Source: a virus (taxonomy: Duplodnaviria > Caudoviricetes). Taken from it: a DNA stretch of 64,000 nucleotides. The notes beneath the pieces are model-generated. The model did no database searches. It saw only the letters and a program-made list of their open reading frames with translations, and had not been told where the DNA came from. A program made the position numbers and the translations under genes. Below, piece after piece: positions 29,845-39,499 of the stretch. Every line of letters starts with the position of its first letter. Within the stretch, counting starts at the first letter, position 1. The stretch covers positions 32,001 through 96,000 of IMG/VR virus record IMGVR_UViG_3300020576_006967, one strand, 5' to 3'.

Positions 29845-30423
29845 ATGTACTTATTTTTTGATACAGAAACAAATGGCAAAGCATTAAATTTTAATGCCCC
29901 AGTAACAGATCTTAACAATTGGCCTAGAGTAACTCAACTTGGTTGGCAATTATATGACAAGGATGAGAAATTAGTTAGTGAACAAAGTTTATTAATTAAA
30001 CCAGATGGTTGGGAAGTTCCAAAAACAGAATTTTTCATTGAGAACAATATGTCCACAGAAAGATGCGAAGAATTTGGAATACCACTTTCAGAGGCAGTAG
30101 AACTTTTATTGAAGGATATGGAGCAGAGTGAATATCTAATTGCGCACAACATGTCGTTTGATCAAAACGTTATTGGTGCAGAATTTATTAGATTAAATGT
30201 TGCTCCCAAAAAAGAATTAAAAAAGTTTTGTACCATGAAAGAAAGTACAAACATTTGTAGGATACCAAGCTTTAGAGGGTACAAATGGCCGACTTTAACA
30301 GAATTGCACACACATTTGTTCAATAAAGGATTTGAAGGCGCTCACGATGCACTAGATGACGTTAAGGCGTGTGCAAACTCATTCTTTGAGATGAAAAAAA
30401 GAGAATTAATTTTAAATAGCTAA
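29845..30423 (+). CDS. DnaQ-like DEDDh exonuclease
   Basis: FFDTETNG, AHNMSFD, AHDALDD. Confidence 0.88.
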   Translation: MYLFFDTETNGKALNFNAPVTDLNNWPRVTQLGWQLYDKDEKLVSEQSLLIKPDGWEVPKTEFFIENNMSTERCEEFGIPLSEAVELLLKDMEQSEYLIAHNMSFDQNVIGAEFIRLNVAPKKELKKFCTMKESTNICRIPSFRGYKWPTLTELHTHLFNKGFEGAHDALDDVKACANSFFEMKKRELILNS

Positions 30424-30429
30424 AAATTT

Positions 30430-31317
30430 ATGTTAAATTTGCCACACGCAATGCTAGCTGCCCTTGAAGGGAAGAACACAATACTTGTTGTAGGTGTTGG
30501 TGGCGGTAGCGATATTCTTGCTGGCATACCTTTATATTATTCTCTTACGAAAAGCGGGAAAAAAGTTCATCTTGCAAATCTGACACACACAGATTTAAAA
30601 ACAATAAATGAATTTGCAGATCCTATTGTATTAGGGCCATCTTTATATGGTGCCACTTCACAAATAAAAATACCATCTACAAATTATGTAGAAGGTTATT
30701 TGTCACAATTTTTCAAGGCTTCAACAAATCAAGAAGTTATTGTTTGGATGTTTGAAAGAACTGCTGTTCCAATTATGAAAAAAGCATACGAGCGTCTTAT
30801 TGAGCATCTTAAAATAGATGCTATAGTACTTGTAGATGGCGGCGTAGATTCAATTATGCATGGAAATGAAGAAGGTGTTACAAATAAGTTTATTGACAAT
30901 GTTTTGACACTAAAAACATTTCAAGAAATGCCTGAACTTAATGGAAAAGTTTTTTCGTTAGTATATCATGACAACACAAAAGATATATCAAAAAATTTAA
31001 GTTTATTATCGCTCCAGGGTGGGTTTTATGGAGGGTGTTATTTATTAAATTTTATGAAAAGTTATCAAGTTCTTAAAAAGGCATATGGTTATATAAAAAA
31101 CAACAATGAAATTTTTAGTGTTGATAGAATGATTAAGATAATTGAAAGCGATTTTGAAGAAGATGAAGAAAAAATATCTCCGATGCAATGTTTATTTTTT
31201 AATACAGAGGCTTTAATTTATAATAACAAAGTAATACCAAAAATATTAGAAGATATGTCTTATTTTGATATTACACAACTTGTAATTCCAATAATCAAGA
31301 GACATACTGCCATTTAA
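30430..31317 (+). CDS. DUF1152-family protein
   Basis: GVGGGSDI, VDGGVDSIMHGNE. Confidence 0.7.
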   Translation: MLNLPHAMLAALEGKNTILVVGVGGGSDILAGIPLYYSLTKSGKKVHLANLTHTDLKTINEFADPIVLGPSLYGATSQIKIPSTNYVEGYLSQFFKASTNQEVIVWMFERTAVPIMKKAYERLIEHLKIDAIVLVDGGVDSIMHGNEEGVTNKFIDNVLTLKTFQEMPELNGKVFSLVYHDNTKDISKNLSLLSLQGGFYGGCYLLNFMKSYQVLKKAYGYIKNNNEIFSVDRMIKIIESDFEEDEEKISPMQCLFFNTEALIYNNKVIPKILEDMSYFDITQLVIPIIKRHTAI

Positions 31318-31963
31318 TACCAACTCTCATTGTTAAATTTCTTAATACCGAGCTTCTAATTGTTCCTTCTTTTAGATTTGTTTTTCTTGCTGCTTCTGCT
31401 AGGGTGTCAAATTCAATAATTTCCCCTGTTTTTATTATTGTTCCAGTTATTTTTTTACCATTCTTATTCTTCTTTGCGTGACTTATTCTTAGGCACGTTT
31501 CTTTGCTTTTAATATGGCCTTTTAATTTTTTACTAATTTTTTTTCTTATTTCTATTGATATAACTTGTCCTTTTAATCTTTGACTGATTTTGTTTTTTGT
31601 TTCTTCAGATAAACTTTTACCAAAATTTGGATTAAGACACCCTTTTAAAACTGGTGGATTTTCACCACATGGCATAATGTTATAAAGTTTAAACCCCCAA
31701 GCTCTAAATAAATCTATATAGTGTGTTTCCCAAAAACACCACTCAGAAAAAGGTACAATATCAACAAACTCAATAATTGGGCGTTTATTAATTTTAAACA
31801 ATTTTTTAATCCAATTGTTTTTTCTATTAACAGAAGAAAATCTATCACAAACATGTTGAGTCAATCTTTTTTTCATACCAACTGATTCACGTGTGACTCC
31901 AATATATTTAACCTCATTATTTAATGGGCATGTTAAACTATATATAATTATATTTTTATTCAC
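31295..31963 (-). CDS. GIY-YIG/NUMOD3 homing endonuclease
   Basis: IIYSL...KYIG, WETHYI, FGKSLSEETKNKIS. Confidence 0.75.
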   Translation of the reverse strand: MNKNIIIYSLTCPLNNEVKYIGVTRESVGMKKRLTQHVCDRFSSVNRKNNWIKKLFKINKRPIIEFVDIVPFSEWCFWETHYIDLFRAWGFKLYNIMPCGENPPVLKGCLNPNFGKSLSEETKNKISQRLKGQVISIEIRKKISKKLKGHIKSKETCLRISHAKKNKNGKKITGTIIKTGEIIEFDTLAEAARKTNLKEGTIRSSVLRNLTMRVGIKWQYVS

Positions 31964-32858
31964 AACTCAAATCCTTCATTATAAGTTCTCTTATATAAGT
32001 TGATATAGAATAATTTTCTTTGAATTCTGCGGATTTTTGTAACAATCTTTTATTTATTTCTTGATCCATCCAATCGTCAATTCTTAGCGTAATTACATTT
32101 TCTTTTTTCTTTGAAGGTTTGTTTATTGGTTCGCAATCATACTCTTGTCGATATGTTTGTGGAAATTTATTTTTTATTTCTTCATACCAAGAAATGTTGT
32201 TGTTTGGATTTTTGCTCCATAAAAATTCGTGAGCATTGTATCCATTTTCTTTTTTGATTGCCTTGTCATATATTTTGTAAAACGCATCATCTTTATATCT
32301 TACAGAAGAATATAAAATGCATTTGCCACGATCTTGAGAAAGTGTCATTATTGCGCTTGTAAAAACTTGATCGGAATCTTCAAAAAAAGAAAACTCGTCA
32401 AAAATTATTAAATCGCTTACCTGTGCACATCCTGGGTTTTTAGACACAGATGATGAAATAATCTCTGAGCCATTTTTAAGAACAATTTCTCTTAAATTAT
32501 TTGTAGGTGTGTTTTCTTTAAAATCTTCTTTGTAGAAGTTTTGTAAAACCAGTCTTACTTTTTCTAAAAAGTTTTTTGCCATACCTGAATTTGGAGAAAT
32601 TATTGATATGTATTTCTTGTGTGAAAAAATAGTGCACCAGCAAACATATGAAGCCACGATAGAGCTAAAATGCATCTGTCTTGATTTTTTAAATATTGTA
32701 TAATCCTCTTTGTGAAGTTTGCTAATTATAGATTTTTCAAATTCAAATATTGGTAGTTTTTCTACTTTAAATTTGTTGTAGGCGTTTGTGCCAACTCTAA
32801 AGTCAGTTATGAACTTTATTGGATCTTTTGAATATTCGATATATTGTTCTTTTGTCAT
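31956..32858 (-). CDS. Terminase-large-subunit-like ATPase domain fused to a C-terminal ribbon-helix-helix
   Basis: KSRQMHFSS, LIIFDEF, RQEYDC; ends VITLRIDD...SISTYIRELIMKDL. Confidence 0.7.
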   Translation of the reverse strand: MTKEQYIEYSKDPIKFITDFRVGTNAYNKFKVEKLPIFEFEKSIISKLHKEDYTIFKKSRQMHFSSIVASYVCWCTIFSHKKYISIISPNSGMAKNFLEKVRLVLQNFYKEDFKENTPTNNLREIVLKNGSEIISSSVSKNPGCAQVSDLIIFDEFSFFEDSDQVFTSAIMTLSQDRGKCILYSSVRYKDDAFYKIYDKAIKKENGYNAHEFLWSKNPNNNISWYEEIKNKFPQTYRQEYDCEPINKPSKKKENVITLRIDDWMDQEINKRLLQKSAEFKENYSISTYIRELIMKDLSCE

Positions 32859-32886
32859 ACAAAAATTGGTTTGTCATACATAAATA
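32851..32886 (-). promoter_or_regulatory. TATTTAT promoter followed by a direct repeat TGTATGACAAA x2
   Basis: tttgtcataca at 32851-32861 and 32870-32880; ataaata at 32880-32886. Confidence 0.55.
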
Positions 32887-32901
32887 GTGGCAAAAAAATG
32901 A

Positions 32902-32928
32902 AACCTTTCGATCTTGTTTAGCGTATAA
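32902..32928 (+). promoter_or_regulatory. ECF-like promoter (N17 variant)
   Basis: tgaaacctttcgatcttgtttagcgtataa. Confidence 0.65.
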
Positions 32929-32929
32929 G

Positions 32930-33562
32930 ATGATAATGACGACAATTCCATTTACAGCCGAAGAGGTAATAGCTGCCGCTGGTATTCATCCGCTTAAGGT
33001 AAAAAACATATTCCTTTATGGTTCCAGAGTATACGGAACCGCCACGGAAACATCTGATTGGGACATTATTCTAATTGGAAGCCATCTATTGGCTCATGAA
33101 GAGAAGAAAATGACCGTAAATGGCGCTCTTTTGAACATTCATATCTTTACACCAGACTATTTCAAGGACGAACTTAAATTACATCACCCAAGAACTCTAG
33201 AATGCCTTTTTGCGCCAGATTGGATAATACTTAACAACAAGGTTCCTCTTGTTCAAGAGATAAGTGTTAAACGTCTAGTTATGGACACACTTAACGAATC
33301 AAGAAATCGCTGGAAAAGAGCTAAAATGTGCATTTTGGATAGTAATTTCTATACTGGGCAAAAAAGCGCATTTCATTCATTAAGAGTTCTTATATTTGCA
33401 ATACAAATTGCTGAGCATGGAAAAATTGTAGATTATTCTGCGGCCAATTATTTATATCCAGAAATTATGGAGTGTGATGAAATTGACTGGGATTATTATA
33501 AAGAGAAATTCTTGCCGCTTAAAATTGAGTTAGAAGAAAAATTAAAAACATATCACATTTAA
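32930..33562 (+). CDS. Minimal nucleotidyltransferase domain protein
   Basis: YGSRVYGT...SDWD; KSAFHSLR. Confidence 0.75.
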   Translation: MIMTTIPFTAEEVIAAAGIHPLKVKNIFLYGSRVYGTATETSDWDIILIGSHLLAHEEKKMTVNGALLNIHIFTPDYFKDELKLHHPRTLECLFAPDWIILNNKVPLVQEISVKRLVMDTLNESRNRWKRAKMCILDSNFYTGQKSAFHSLRVLIFAIQIAEHGKIVDYSAANYLYPEIMECDEIDWDYYKEKFLPLKIELEEKLKTYHI

Positions 33563-33642
33563 ATCATGGAAGAAATTAAAAGTTGGTGACAAAATATTGG
33601 TCGGAGATATAATATTTTTCTACATATTTATAAATAAAGAAT

Positions 33643-34431
33643 ATGGAAAAACGATATTATGTATATGTTTATTTAGATCAAAGAAAACCTGGAATTTGGA
33701 GTTATGAAGATAAAAATTTCGAATTTCAACCTTTTTACATTGGTAAAGGAACTGGAAAAAGAGAAACTATACACACCACACCAAGTATGTTAAAAATTAA
33801 AAGTTTTAAAACTAGTGTAATAAAAAGTATTATCTCAGAAACAAATGAATTACCAATGCATTATAGAGTATATGACGAAATTGATCAGACCACAGCAGTT
33901 GATTTAGAGATAAAGATGATAAAACATTTTGGAAGGCGAGATATACAAACTGGAATTTTATCAAATTGCACAGATGGTGGGGATGGGACTAATAATTTAA
34001 GTAAAGAAAAAAGAGATAGAAAAGCGCTAAGGAAACAAGTTTTTCAATATGATTTAAGTGGTAATTTTATAAAAATGTGGGATTCTCCAATAACGGTAGA
34101 AGAAACAATTGGTATTTGCAGAACTGGTATTTCAGAGTCTGCTATAAGAAGCGGAACTTGTGAACACTTTTTTTGGAGTTATAATTATTTGGGAGAAAAA
34201 ATAGAGCCAAAAAAAAGACACAATAAAGAAACAATATATAATAAGATTCAACAAATTAATATTGAAACAGATGAGGTTGTTGCTGAGTTTAATTCTGCTA
34301 AAGAGGCTGCTGAAAAACTAAACTTAAATAAAAATGCAAGAAATAAAATTTTAGATGTTGCACTTGGTAAATTAAACAGACATGGAAACCCAAACAAAAC
34401 ATATATGGGATTTAAATGGAAAACTTTTTGA
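33643..34431 (+). CDS. GIY-YIG/NUMOD1 homing endonuclease
   Basis: YYVYVY...FYIGKG, NCTDGGDG, QYDLSGNFIK. Confidence 0.75.
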   Translation: MEKRYYVYVYLDQRKPGIWSYEDKNFEFQPFYIGKGTGKRETIHTTPSMLKIKSFKTSVIKSIISETNELPMHYRVYDEIDQTTAVDLEIKMIKHFGRRDIQTGILSNCTDGGDGTNNLSKEKRDRKALRKQVFQYDLSGNFIKMWDSPITVEETIGICRTGISESAIRSGTCEHFFWSYNYLGEKIEPKKRHNKETIYNKIQQINIETDEVVAEFNSAKEAAEKLNLNKNARNKILDVALGKLNRHGNPNKTYMGFKWKTF

Positions 34432-34465
34432 AAATTGAAAATTTTTTTATATCTTTATAATCACA

Positions 34466-34603
34466 ATGATAGAGTCTATTTTACATCTTTTGGGTATTTG
34501 CCCTGACAGTATTGGTCATATTGACCTTATGGATATTGTCGTTTGTTATTACAACGAAATTCAAAATTTAATTACACTTATTCGATTAAGAAACGGATCA
34601 TGA
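34466..34603 (+). CDS. Small hypothetical protein (45 aa, not in the ORF track)
   Basis: MIESILHLLGICPDSIGHIDL...; ATGA-coupled to the next ORF. Confidence 0.55.
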   Translation: MIESILHLLGICPDSIGHIDLMDIVVCYYNEIQNLITLIRLRNGS

Positions 34604-34764
34604 AAAAAGGAATACATATATTGATGTTTTTGCTTATACTTGTAAATATTGTTTTGTATAAATTAGACCATATTTCAAGGCTAGACTTCGATCAAATGAT
34701 TTTTATGTTCCCATGCGTTTGGATTATTTTATCAACTGGTGATTTTGAACATGAAAAAAAATAG
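34600..34764 (+). CDS. Small membrane protein
   Basis: MKKGIHILMFLLILV... Confidence 0.5.
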   Translation: MKKGIHILMFLLILVNIVLYKLDHISRLDFDQMIFMFPCVWIILSTGDFEHEKK

Positions 34765-35059
34765 TTTGCCAAAATATTATGCCAGGCCAGATGATGGCAC
34801 CATTTTTTCTTTAAACGAAGATCGCATAACATATTCAATTGAAGATTCTAAAAAAGAATTTCCATACAATTTGCATCATAAATATACTCAAGAGCATTTG
34901 CTTGCTGTTGATTTTTATAAAGTCACAAAAAAGGATTTTCCAAATCTTAAAAAAATTCAGGATGAATACTATGCTTATATGTCATGGGCCAATAGATCAG
35001 ATGGTCATGGTGGTATTCGTGGAGGTACATTAGAAGAATTCAGAAATTTAAAAAAATAA
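34751..35059 (+). CDS. Hypothetical protein
   Basis: ORF track; likely ATG 34751. Confidence 0.55.
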   Translation: MKKNSLPKYYARPDDGTIFSLNEDRITYSIEDSKKEFPYNLHHKYTQEHLLAVDFYKVTKKDFPNLKKIQDEYYAYMSWANRSDGHGGIRGGTLEEFRNLKK

Positions 35060-35061
35060 AC

Positions 35062-35337
35062 ATGCCATCAATAGTTAGAGGTTTTTTAATGGGTATAATA
35101 GTGTCTTTTTTTATTTTACTTGGTGTTTTATACACTGTAAATAAAAACAAAGAGGAAATTATCAAGTCTCAAGTTAAAATTTTGATTGATAAAAAAATTG
35201 ATTCCTTAATTTCAACAAAGGGCCCTTGGGTTGATTCAATCATAACAGCTAGGTATAAAATTATGATGACAGACACTTCTTTTCAAAGAAAGCTCTCAAA
35301 TGCAAAGGGTAGAATAACAAATATTTTTATCAAGTAA
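35062..35337 (+). CDS. Membrane-anchored hypothetical protein
   Basis: N-terminal TM segment. Confidence 0.55.
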   Translation: MPSIVRGFLMGIIVSFFILLGVLYTVNKNKEEIIKSQVKILIDKKIDSLISTKGPWVDSIITARYKIMMTDTSFQRKLSNAKGRITNIFIK

Positions 35338-35338
35338 C

Positions 35339-36736
35339 ATGAAAAAAATTTACATCATTTGTGGTGGAACCATGCAACATGTATCTCCACACTTTGCTTT
35401 AACCGCACCAGCATATGGAAATGTTGGACACGATATTTACTGTGCAATGAAATCACGTTTAGACAACGATTTGAATAGTGAATATTCTGTGAAGCTTATA
35501 CCAACAAAAATGGCGCTTGGTATTCTGAACAATGATGAATTTGAAGAAACATTTAATGTTATGAATCACTTCGGATTTGATTTTATTGAAACCAATGAAG
35601 AATTGAGTAAATTTATTGATGCTTTAATCAAAGATTCAGAAACAAGGTGCATTATAATGGCGGCTGCAGTATGTGATTTTGAACCAAGTGTTATTTCAAC
35701 TGTAATAGAGGAAGGTATGATTGAGAATCCAATTTTTAAATTTGGGAAAGATCAAAAAAGACTTGACTCAAACAATTATTATAGTCTTGATTTGGTACCA
35801 GCAGAAAAAATTGTGCATAAAATCAGAGAGAAGCGCAAAGATATTTTTGTTGTATCATTTAAGACAACCGCAGGTGTTGGAAGAGATGAAACTTACAAGA
35901 GAGGTTTGTTAGCATTAAAAAAGAATAGCTCAAATCTTGTTTTCGCAAACGACATTAGAGATAAAATAAATATGGTAATTACACCTGAAGAATTTCCACA
36001 TGAAGGTGAAACAAGAAGTGAAGCAATTGCTATATTGGCAGATATTACTTTAAAAAGATTGAATCTTACGTTTGGGGATAAAACAATTGTAAGAGATGAT
36101 CAAAGAGCTTTTCCTGAAGAGCTTATCCAAGAAGGTGTAATACCTCAAAATTGGTATGATGTAATGAAATACTTATTTGCTCACAAAGCTTTTAAGCCTC
36201 TTCCAGGAACTGGTAAAACAAGTGGGCATTTTGGTTGTAGAGTGGATGGTAAAGATTTTGAAAGAATCACATCTGAACGTAAAATAAATCACAACGAGAG
36301 CTTCCAAAGAGGTATGATTCCTGTGTATTCATACAAAAACGGCGAACTTATTGTTGGTGGTGCAAGACCTTCTGTGGGTGAAAAAACACAAGAATTAATT
36401 TATCATGAGCTTGGGGATAAAATTCATTCTATTGTACATTTCCACTGTCCTATGCGTGAAGGTTTTGAAGAGCGTGGTGTAATTCCTGTTAGAGAACAAT
36501 TTCATGTAGAATGCGGTAGTAGAGAGTGTGCAATTAACACTTTTGAAGGTATAAAAAATGGTGAAATAATCCCTGGCGTTTATGCAGTACATCTTAAAAA
36601 TCATGGTCCCAATATTGCTTTCCATAAAGATGTTCCACCAGGAGAGATAATAGATTTTATTCACACATACTGGGATTTATCAGAAAAAACTGGTGGAATT
36701 ATAAAGGGAGAAAATACTGTTAAATCACATATGTAA
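35339..36736 (+). CDS. CoaB-like (DFP) domain fused to a class II aldolase-like domain
   Basis: GGT, MAAAVCDFEP, SFKTT, VFAND; C-terminal VHFHCP and LKNHG. Confidence 0.65.
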   Translation: MKKIYIICGGTMQHVSPHFALTAPAYGNVGHDIYCAMKSRLDNDLNSEYSVKLIPTKMALGILNNDEFEETFNVMNHFGFDFIETNEELSKFIDALIKDSETRCIIMAAAVCDFEPSVISTVIEEGMIENPIFKFGKDQKRLDSNNYYSLDLVPAEKIVHKIREKRKDIFVVSFKTTAGVGRDETYKRGLLALKKNSSNLVFANDIRDKINMVITPEEFPHEGETRSEAIAILADITLKRLNLTFGDKTIVRDDQRAFPEELIQEGVIPQNWYDVMKYLFAHKAFKPLPGTGKTSGHFGCRVDGKDFERITSERKINHNESFQRGMIPVYSYKNGELIVGGARPSVGEKTQELIYHELGDKIHSIVHFHCPMREGFEERGVIPVREQFHVECGSRECAINTFEGIKNGEIIPGVYAVHLKNHGPNIAFHKDVPPGEIIDFIHTYWDLSEKTGGIIKGENTVKSHM

Positions 36737-37481
36737 AAATAAAACCTTTGTGATTTTTTCTTGAACCATTCGCCACAGCAGTTATAGCAGTCTTTTTTAA
36801 ATTTAGTTTCTCAGAAGCTTCTTTTAATGAATTATAAATTGTGTTGTTGGTAGTGCATTTTACTTTTTTGTAAACAAATTTTTTCATTCTAGCTTCTATG
36901 GAGTTTTTTTTATGCTCTTCTGTTTGTTTTTTACCTTTTCTTTGTTTGCTCATTAAGTTTTTAGTTGTCTGAGAACGTTTACTTCCTATGTTTTTTAAAC
37001 GAATTATTTCGTGCTGTTCTTTTGTTAAAAAATCTTTACCTTTTCTTTCTTGCCTAAGTATTTCCTTGCGTTCTTCTGAAACTATTCTTTTACAATTTGC
37101 CTCATATTGAGCAGGTGTTTGTTTTTTACCCTTTCTTTGTTTGCTCCATAATTTTTTAGTTTTTTCAGAGATAATTCTACCAGAGCTACCTTCACCACCA
37201 TCTGTGAAATTGCAAAGTGTGCCAGTTTTTAAATCTAATCTTCCAAATTTAGCGATGAGCTCTTTTTCTAAAGTAAGTGCTTCTTGTTCACTGATATTAT
37301 CTTTGAATTTTTCTATTTTTGGTTCTAAAAAAAGTTGTTTAATTTTATTAAGTTTTCTTTTTAAAAGAGGGTTTGTGCACTCTGACAAATGATCAAACAT
37401 ACGATTTCCAATACCTTTACCAACATATATTGGAATATTTGGTATGTACCTAGTATCGTAATATATATAAACATAAGCCAT
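36720..37481 (-). CDS. GIY-YIG/NUMOD3 homing endonuclease
   Basis: YVYIY...IYVGKG, NFTDGGEG, repeated SKQRKGKKQT. Confidence 0.78.
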   Translation of the reverse strand: MAYVYIYYDTRYIPNIPIYVGKGIGNRMFDHLSECTNPLLKRKLNKIKQLFLEPKIEKFKDNISEQEALTLEKELIAKFGRLDLKTGTLCNFTDGGEGSSGRIISEKTKKLWSKQRKGKKQTPAQYEANCKRIVSEERKEILRQERKGKDFLTKEQHEIIRLKNIGSKRSQTTKNLMSKQRKGKKQTEEHKKNSIEARMKKFVYKKVKCTTNNTIYNSLKEASEKLNLKKTAITAVANGSRKNHKGFIFTYVI

Positions 37482-37639
37482 CACTTTATTTTTTTATCAA
37501 GATCCATTTCTATTAATTGTCTAATTCTTTCAGACATCGGAATTTCGAGATTTAAACAGTATAACTTATATTGCTTTCTAAGGTCTTTGGCAATAAGTAT
37601 ATTTATTCTTACTTCTTTATTGTTTTCTTTTATACTCAT
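37481..37639 (-). CDS. Ribbon-helix-helix protein (52 aa, not in the ORF track)
   Basis: MSIKENNKEVRINILIAKDLRKQYKLYCLNLEIPMSERIRQLIEMDLDKKIK; TGATG-coupled to the endonuclease. Confidence 0.7.
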   Translation of the reverse strand: MSIKENNKEVRINILIAKDLRKQYKLYCLNLEIPMSERIRQLIEMDLDKKIK

Positions 37640-37682
37640 ATACATAAATATGTATAAAAAACCAAAATATGAAAATATTTAT
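37639..37682. promoter_or_regulatory. Divergent TATTTAT promoters with palindrome TATACATA-AA-TATGTATA
   Basis: Minus-strand TATTTAT 37644-37650 inside palindrome 37639-37656; plus-strand TATTTAT 37676-37682. Confidence 0.55.
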
Positions 37683-37686
37683 TGAT

Positions 37687-38634
37687 ATGGATTTAAATGA
37701 GTCATATAGAAAAAGGTTAATGGAATTGGCTGGCTTAATAAAGTTGGATGAAGATGCTAAAATTATTCAAATGTACCCCAGTTCAAAAGTTAAAAACCAA
37801 CCAGAGGATATGTTGAAATATGCTGCAGAAAGAGCTGTAAATGGTTTAAGAATCACATCCGAACAATTAAAGTCACTAGATGAAAATCAACAAAAAGAAT
37901 ATGTAAAATTTATTGTAAAATTATTGTTCAATACAAATAATCATCATGGACTTATTGATAATTTTAAAGATACTAATTTTAAATTTTTAAGCAAAAGTGT
38001 TAAGCTTGAATTTTTAATTTCTATTTTACACACATCAGAATGGAAAAGAAAAGATTATTTATATTGGATAATTAATAAAAGCGGTTGTTTTAAAATGTTG
38101 CCAGAAAACGATAAAATAAGCGCAGTTGTTCAATGGGTAATGGATTCAACAAGACTTCTTGCTCCTAGTTGGTTTTATAAAGAGTTAGATTTTTTTTATG
38201 AACTATCTGAATTGGAAAGAGGTAAAATAATATATGATTTGTATGAAAAGAAAAATTATTATCTTTTATATGATTATAATATTTTTAATAGTTTAACCGC
38301 AGAAAACAAAAAATTTTATACTAATAAACTTTCTAAAATTGGAGACAAAATTCCAGATTTTATTTTTGATTTATTAAACCCACAAGAATTGAGTGACTAT
38401 ATACACAACTTAAAGGGTAGAATTCCATATAGTATGGGAATAGGAGAACACCAATTTAATAATTTGCCAAACGAACTTAAAAGAACATATGTAGTAAATA
38501 AAATAAGAGCAAGTAAGGTTTATAAACTAACACAACAGGAATTAAGTTCTTTAACACCAGATGAACAGGAAAAATTTAAGTCAAGATTGGTCGGTACACC
38601 AAATCCTAAAGCTGGAACACATGTGACATTTTGA
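37687..38634 (+). CDS. Hypothetical helical-repeat protein, possibly late/virion
   Basis: TATTTAT upstream; starts MDLNESYRKRLMELAGL; FxxLxxExK repeats. Confidence 0.55.
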   Translation: MDLNESYRKRLMELAGLIKLDEDAKIIQMYPSSKVKNQPEDMLKYAAERAVNGLRITSEQLKSLDENQQKEYVKFIVKLLFNTNNHHGLIDNFKDTNFKFLSKSVKLEFLISILHTSEWKRKDYLYWIINKSGCFKMLPENDKISAVVQWVMDSTRLLAPSWFYKELDFFYELSELERGKIIYDLYEKKNYYLLYDYNIFNSLTAENKKFYTNKLSKIGDKIPDFIFDLLNPQELSDYIHNLKGRIPYSMGIGEHQFNNLPNELKRTYVVNKIRASKVYKLTQQELSSLTPDEQEKFKSRLVGTPNPKAGTHVTF

Positions 38635-38652
38635 TGTTTGTGTATTTTTTGT

Positions 38653-38660
38653 TATCTTTG
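38653..38660 (+). promoter_or_regulatory. Bacteroidota -7 element TATCTTTG
   Basis: Upstream of ATG 38678. Confidence 0.55.
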
Positions 38661-38677
38661 AATAACAAAAATAAGAC

Positions 38678-38995
38678 ATGGAATTTAATAAGGAAAAACA
38701 AATCAGTAAAATGAAACCAGCTGTAGACAAGTTGGTTTCACGCCTTGAAAAGAAAGGTATATATTTTAAACATTCAGATGGTGAGTTTGAAAATGTGCTT
38801 TTTTCATCTGGTGATCTTGAATTGAAAATGTCTCACCACTCTTTTTATAGATATTCTGGTATTGCCGTGCTTTGTTATGGCAATGATGATACAAACACAT
38901 CTAAAACAGTTGATGTGACTGATGATATGTACATGAGCATATTCATGGAACCAATTGTTGAAAACCACTTTAAAAAATCAAAGGTTTTAAAATAA
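38678..38995 (+). CDS. Hypothetical protein
   Basis: ORF track. Confidence 0.6.
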   Translation: MEFNKEKQISKMKPAVDKLVSRLEKKGIYFKHSDGEFENVLFSSGDLELKMSHHSFYRYSGIAVLCYGNDDTNTSKTVDVTDDMYMSIFMEPIVENHFKKSKVLK

Positions 38996-39007
38996 CCTTG
39001 CGGCTAT

Positions 39008-39499
39008 ATGAGTGAATTAAAAGAAATTGTTCAAGTTAATCAAAAACATTTTGATTATCTTATTGAGGTAGCTAAAAAAGCTACCTGCAGCAGATCTAAA
39101 TGTGGAAGCATTATTTTAAAATCCTGGGCTACACCTAATTTTATAGAAATTATTGGCGAAGGATATAATTCTATGCCAACAGACATTCAAACCGATTGTT
39201 TCAAAGACGGTCTTCCAGATAATTTTAAAAGTGATAAGACGTGTTGTATTCATGCCGAGCAAAGAGCTATCATAGAAGCATTCAAAAACCATCCTAAAAG
39301 CGTTCCTGGCAGCGATCTTTTGTTTATAAGATTAGATGACCAGGGTAATCCAAAACACTCAGGAGAACCTTATTGTACCATTTGTAGTAAGATGGCTTTA
39401 GATGCTGGTATATCCAGATTTTTTCTTTGGCACAAAGAGGGTTGGACCGCATACGACACAAAATATTATAACGAACTTTCATTTAAATACAATCCATGA
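39008..39499 (+). CDS. dCMP/cytidine deaminase family
   Basis: GYN, IHAEQRA, PYCTIC. Confidence 0.85.
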   Translation: MSELKEIVQVNQKHFDYLIEVAKKATCSRSKCGSIILKSWATPNFIEIIGEGYNSMPTDIQTDCFKDGLPDNFKSDKTCCIHAEQRAIIEAFKNHPKSVPGSDLLFIRLDDQGNPKHSGEPYCTICSKMALDAGISRFFLWHKEGWTAYDTKYYNELSFKYNP

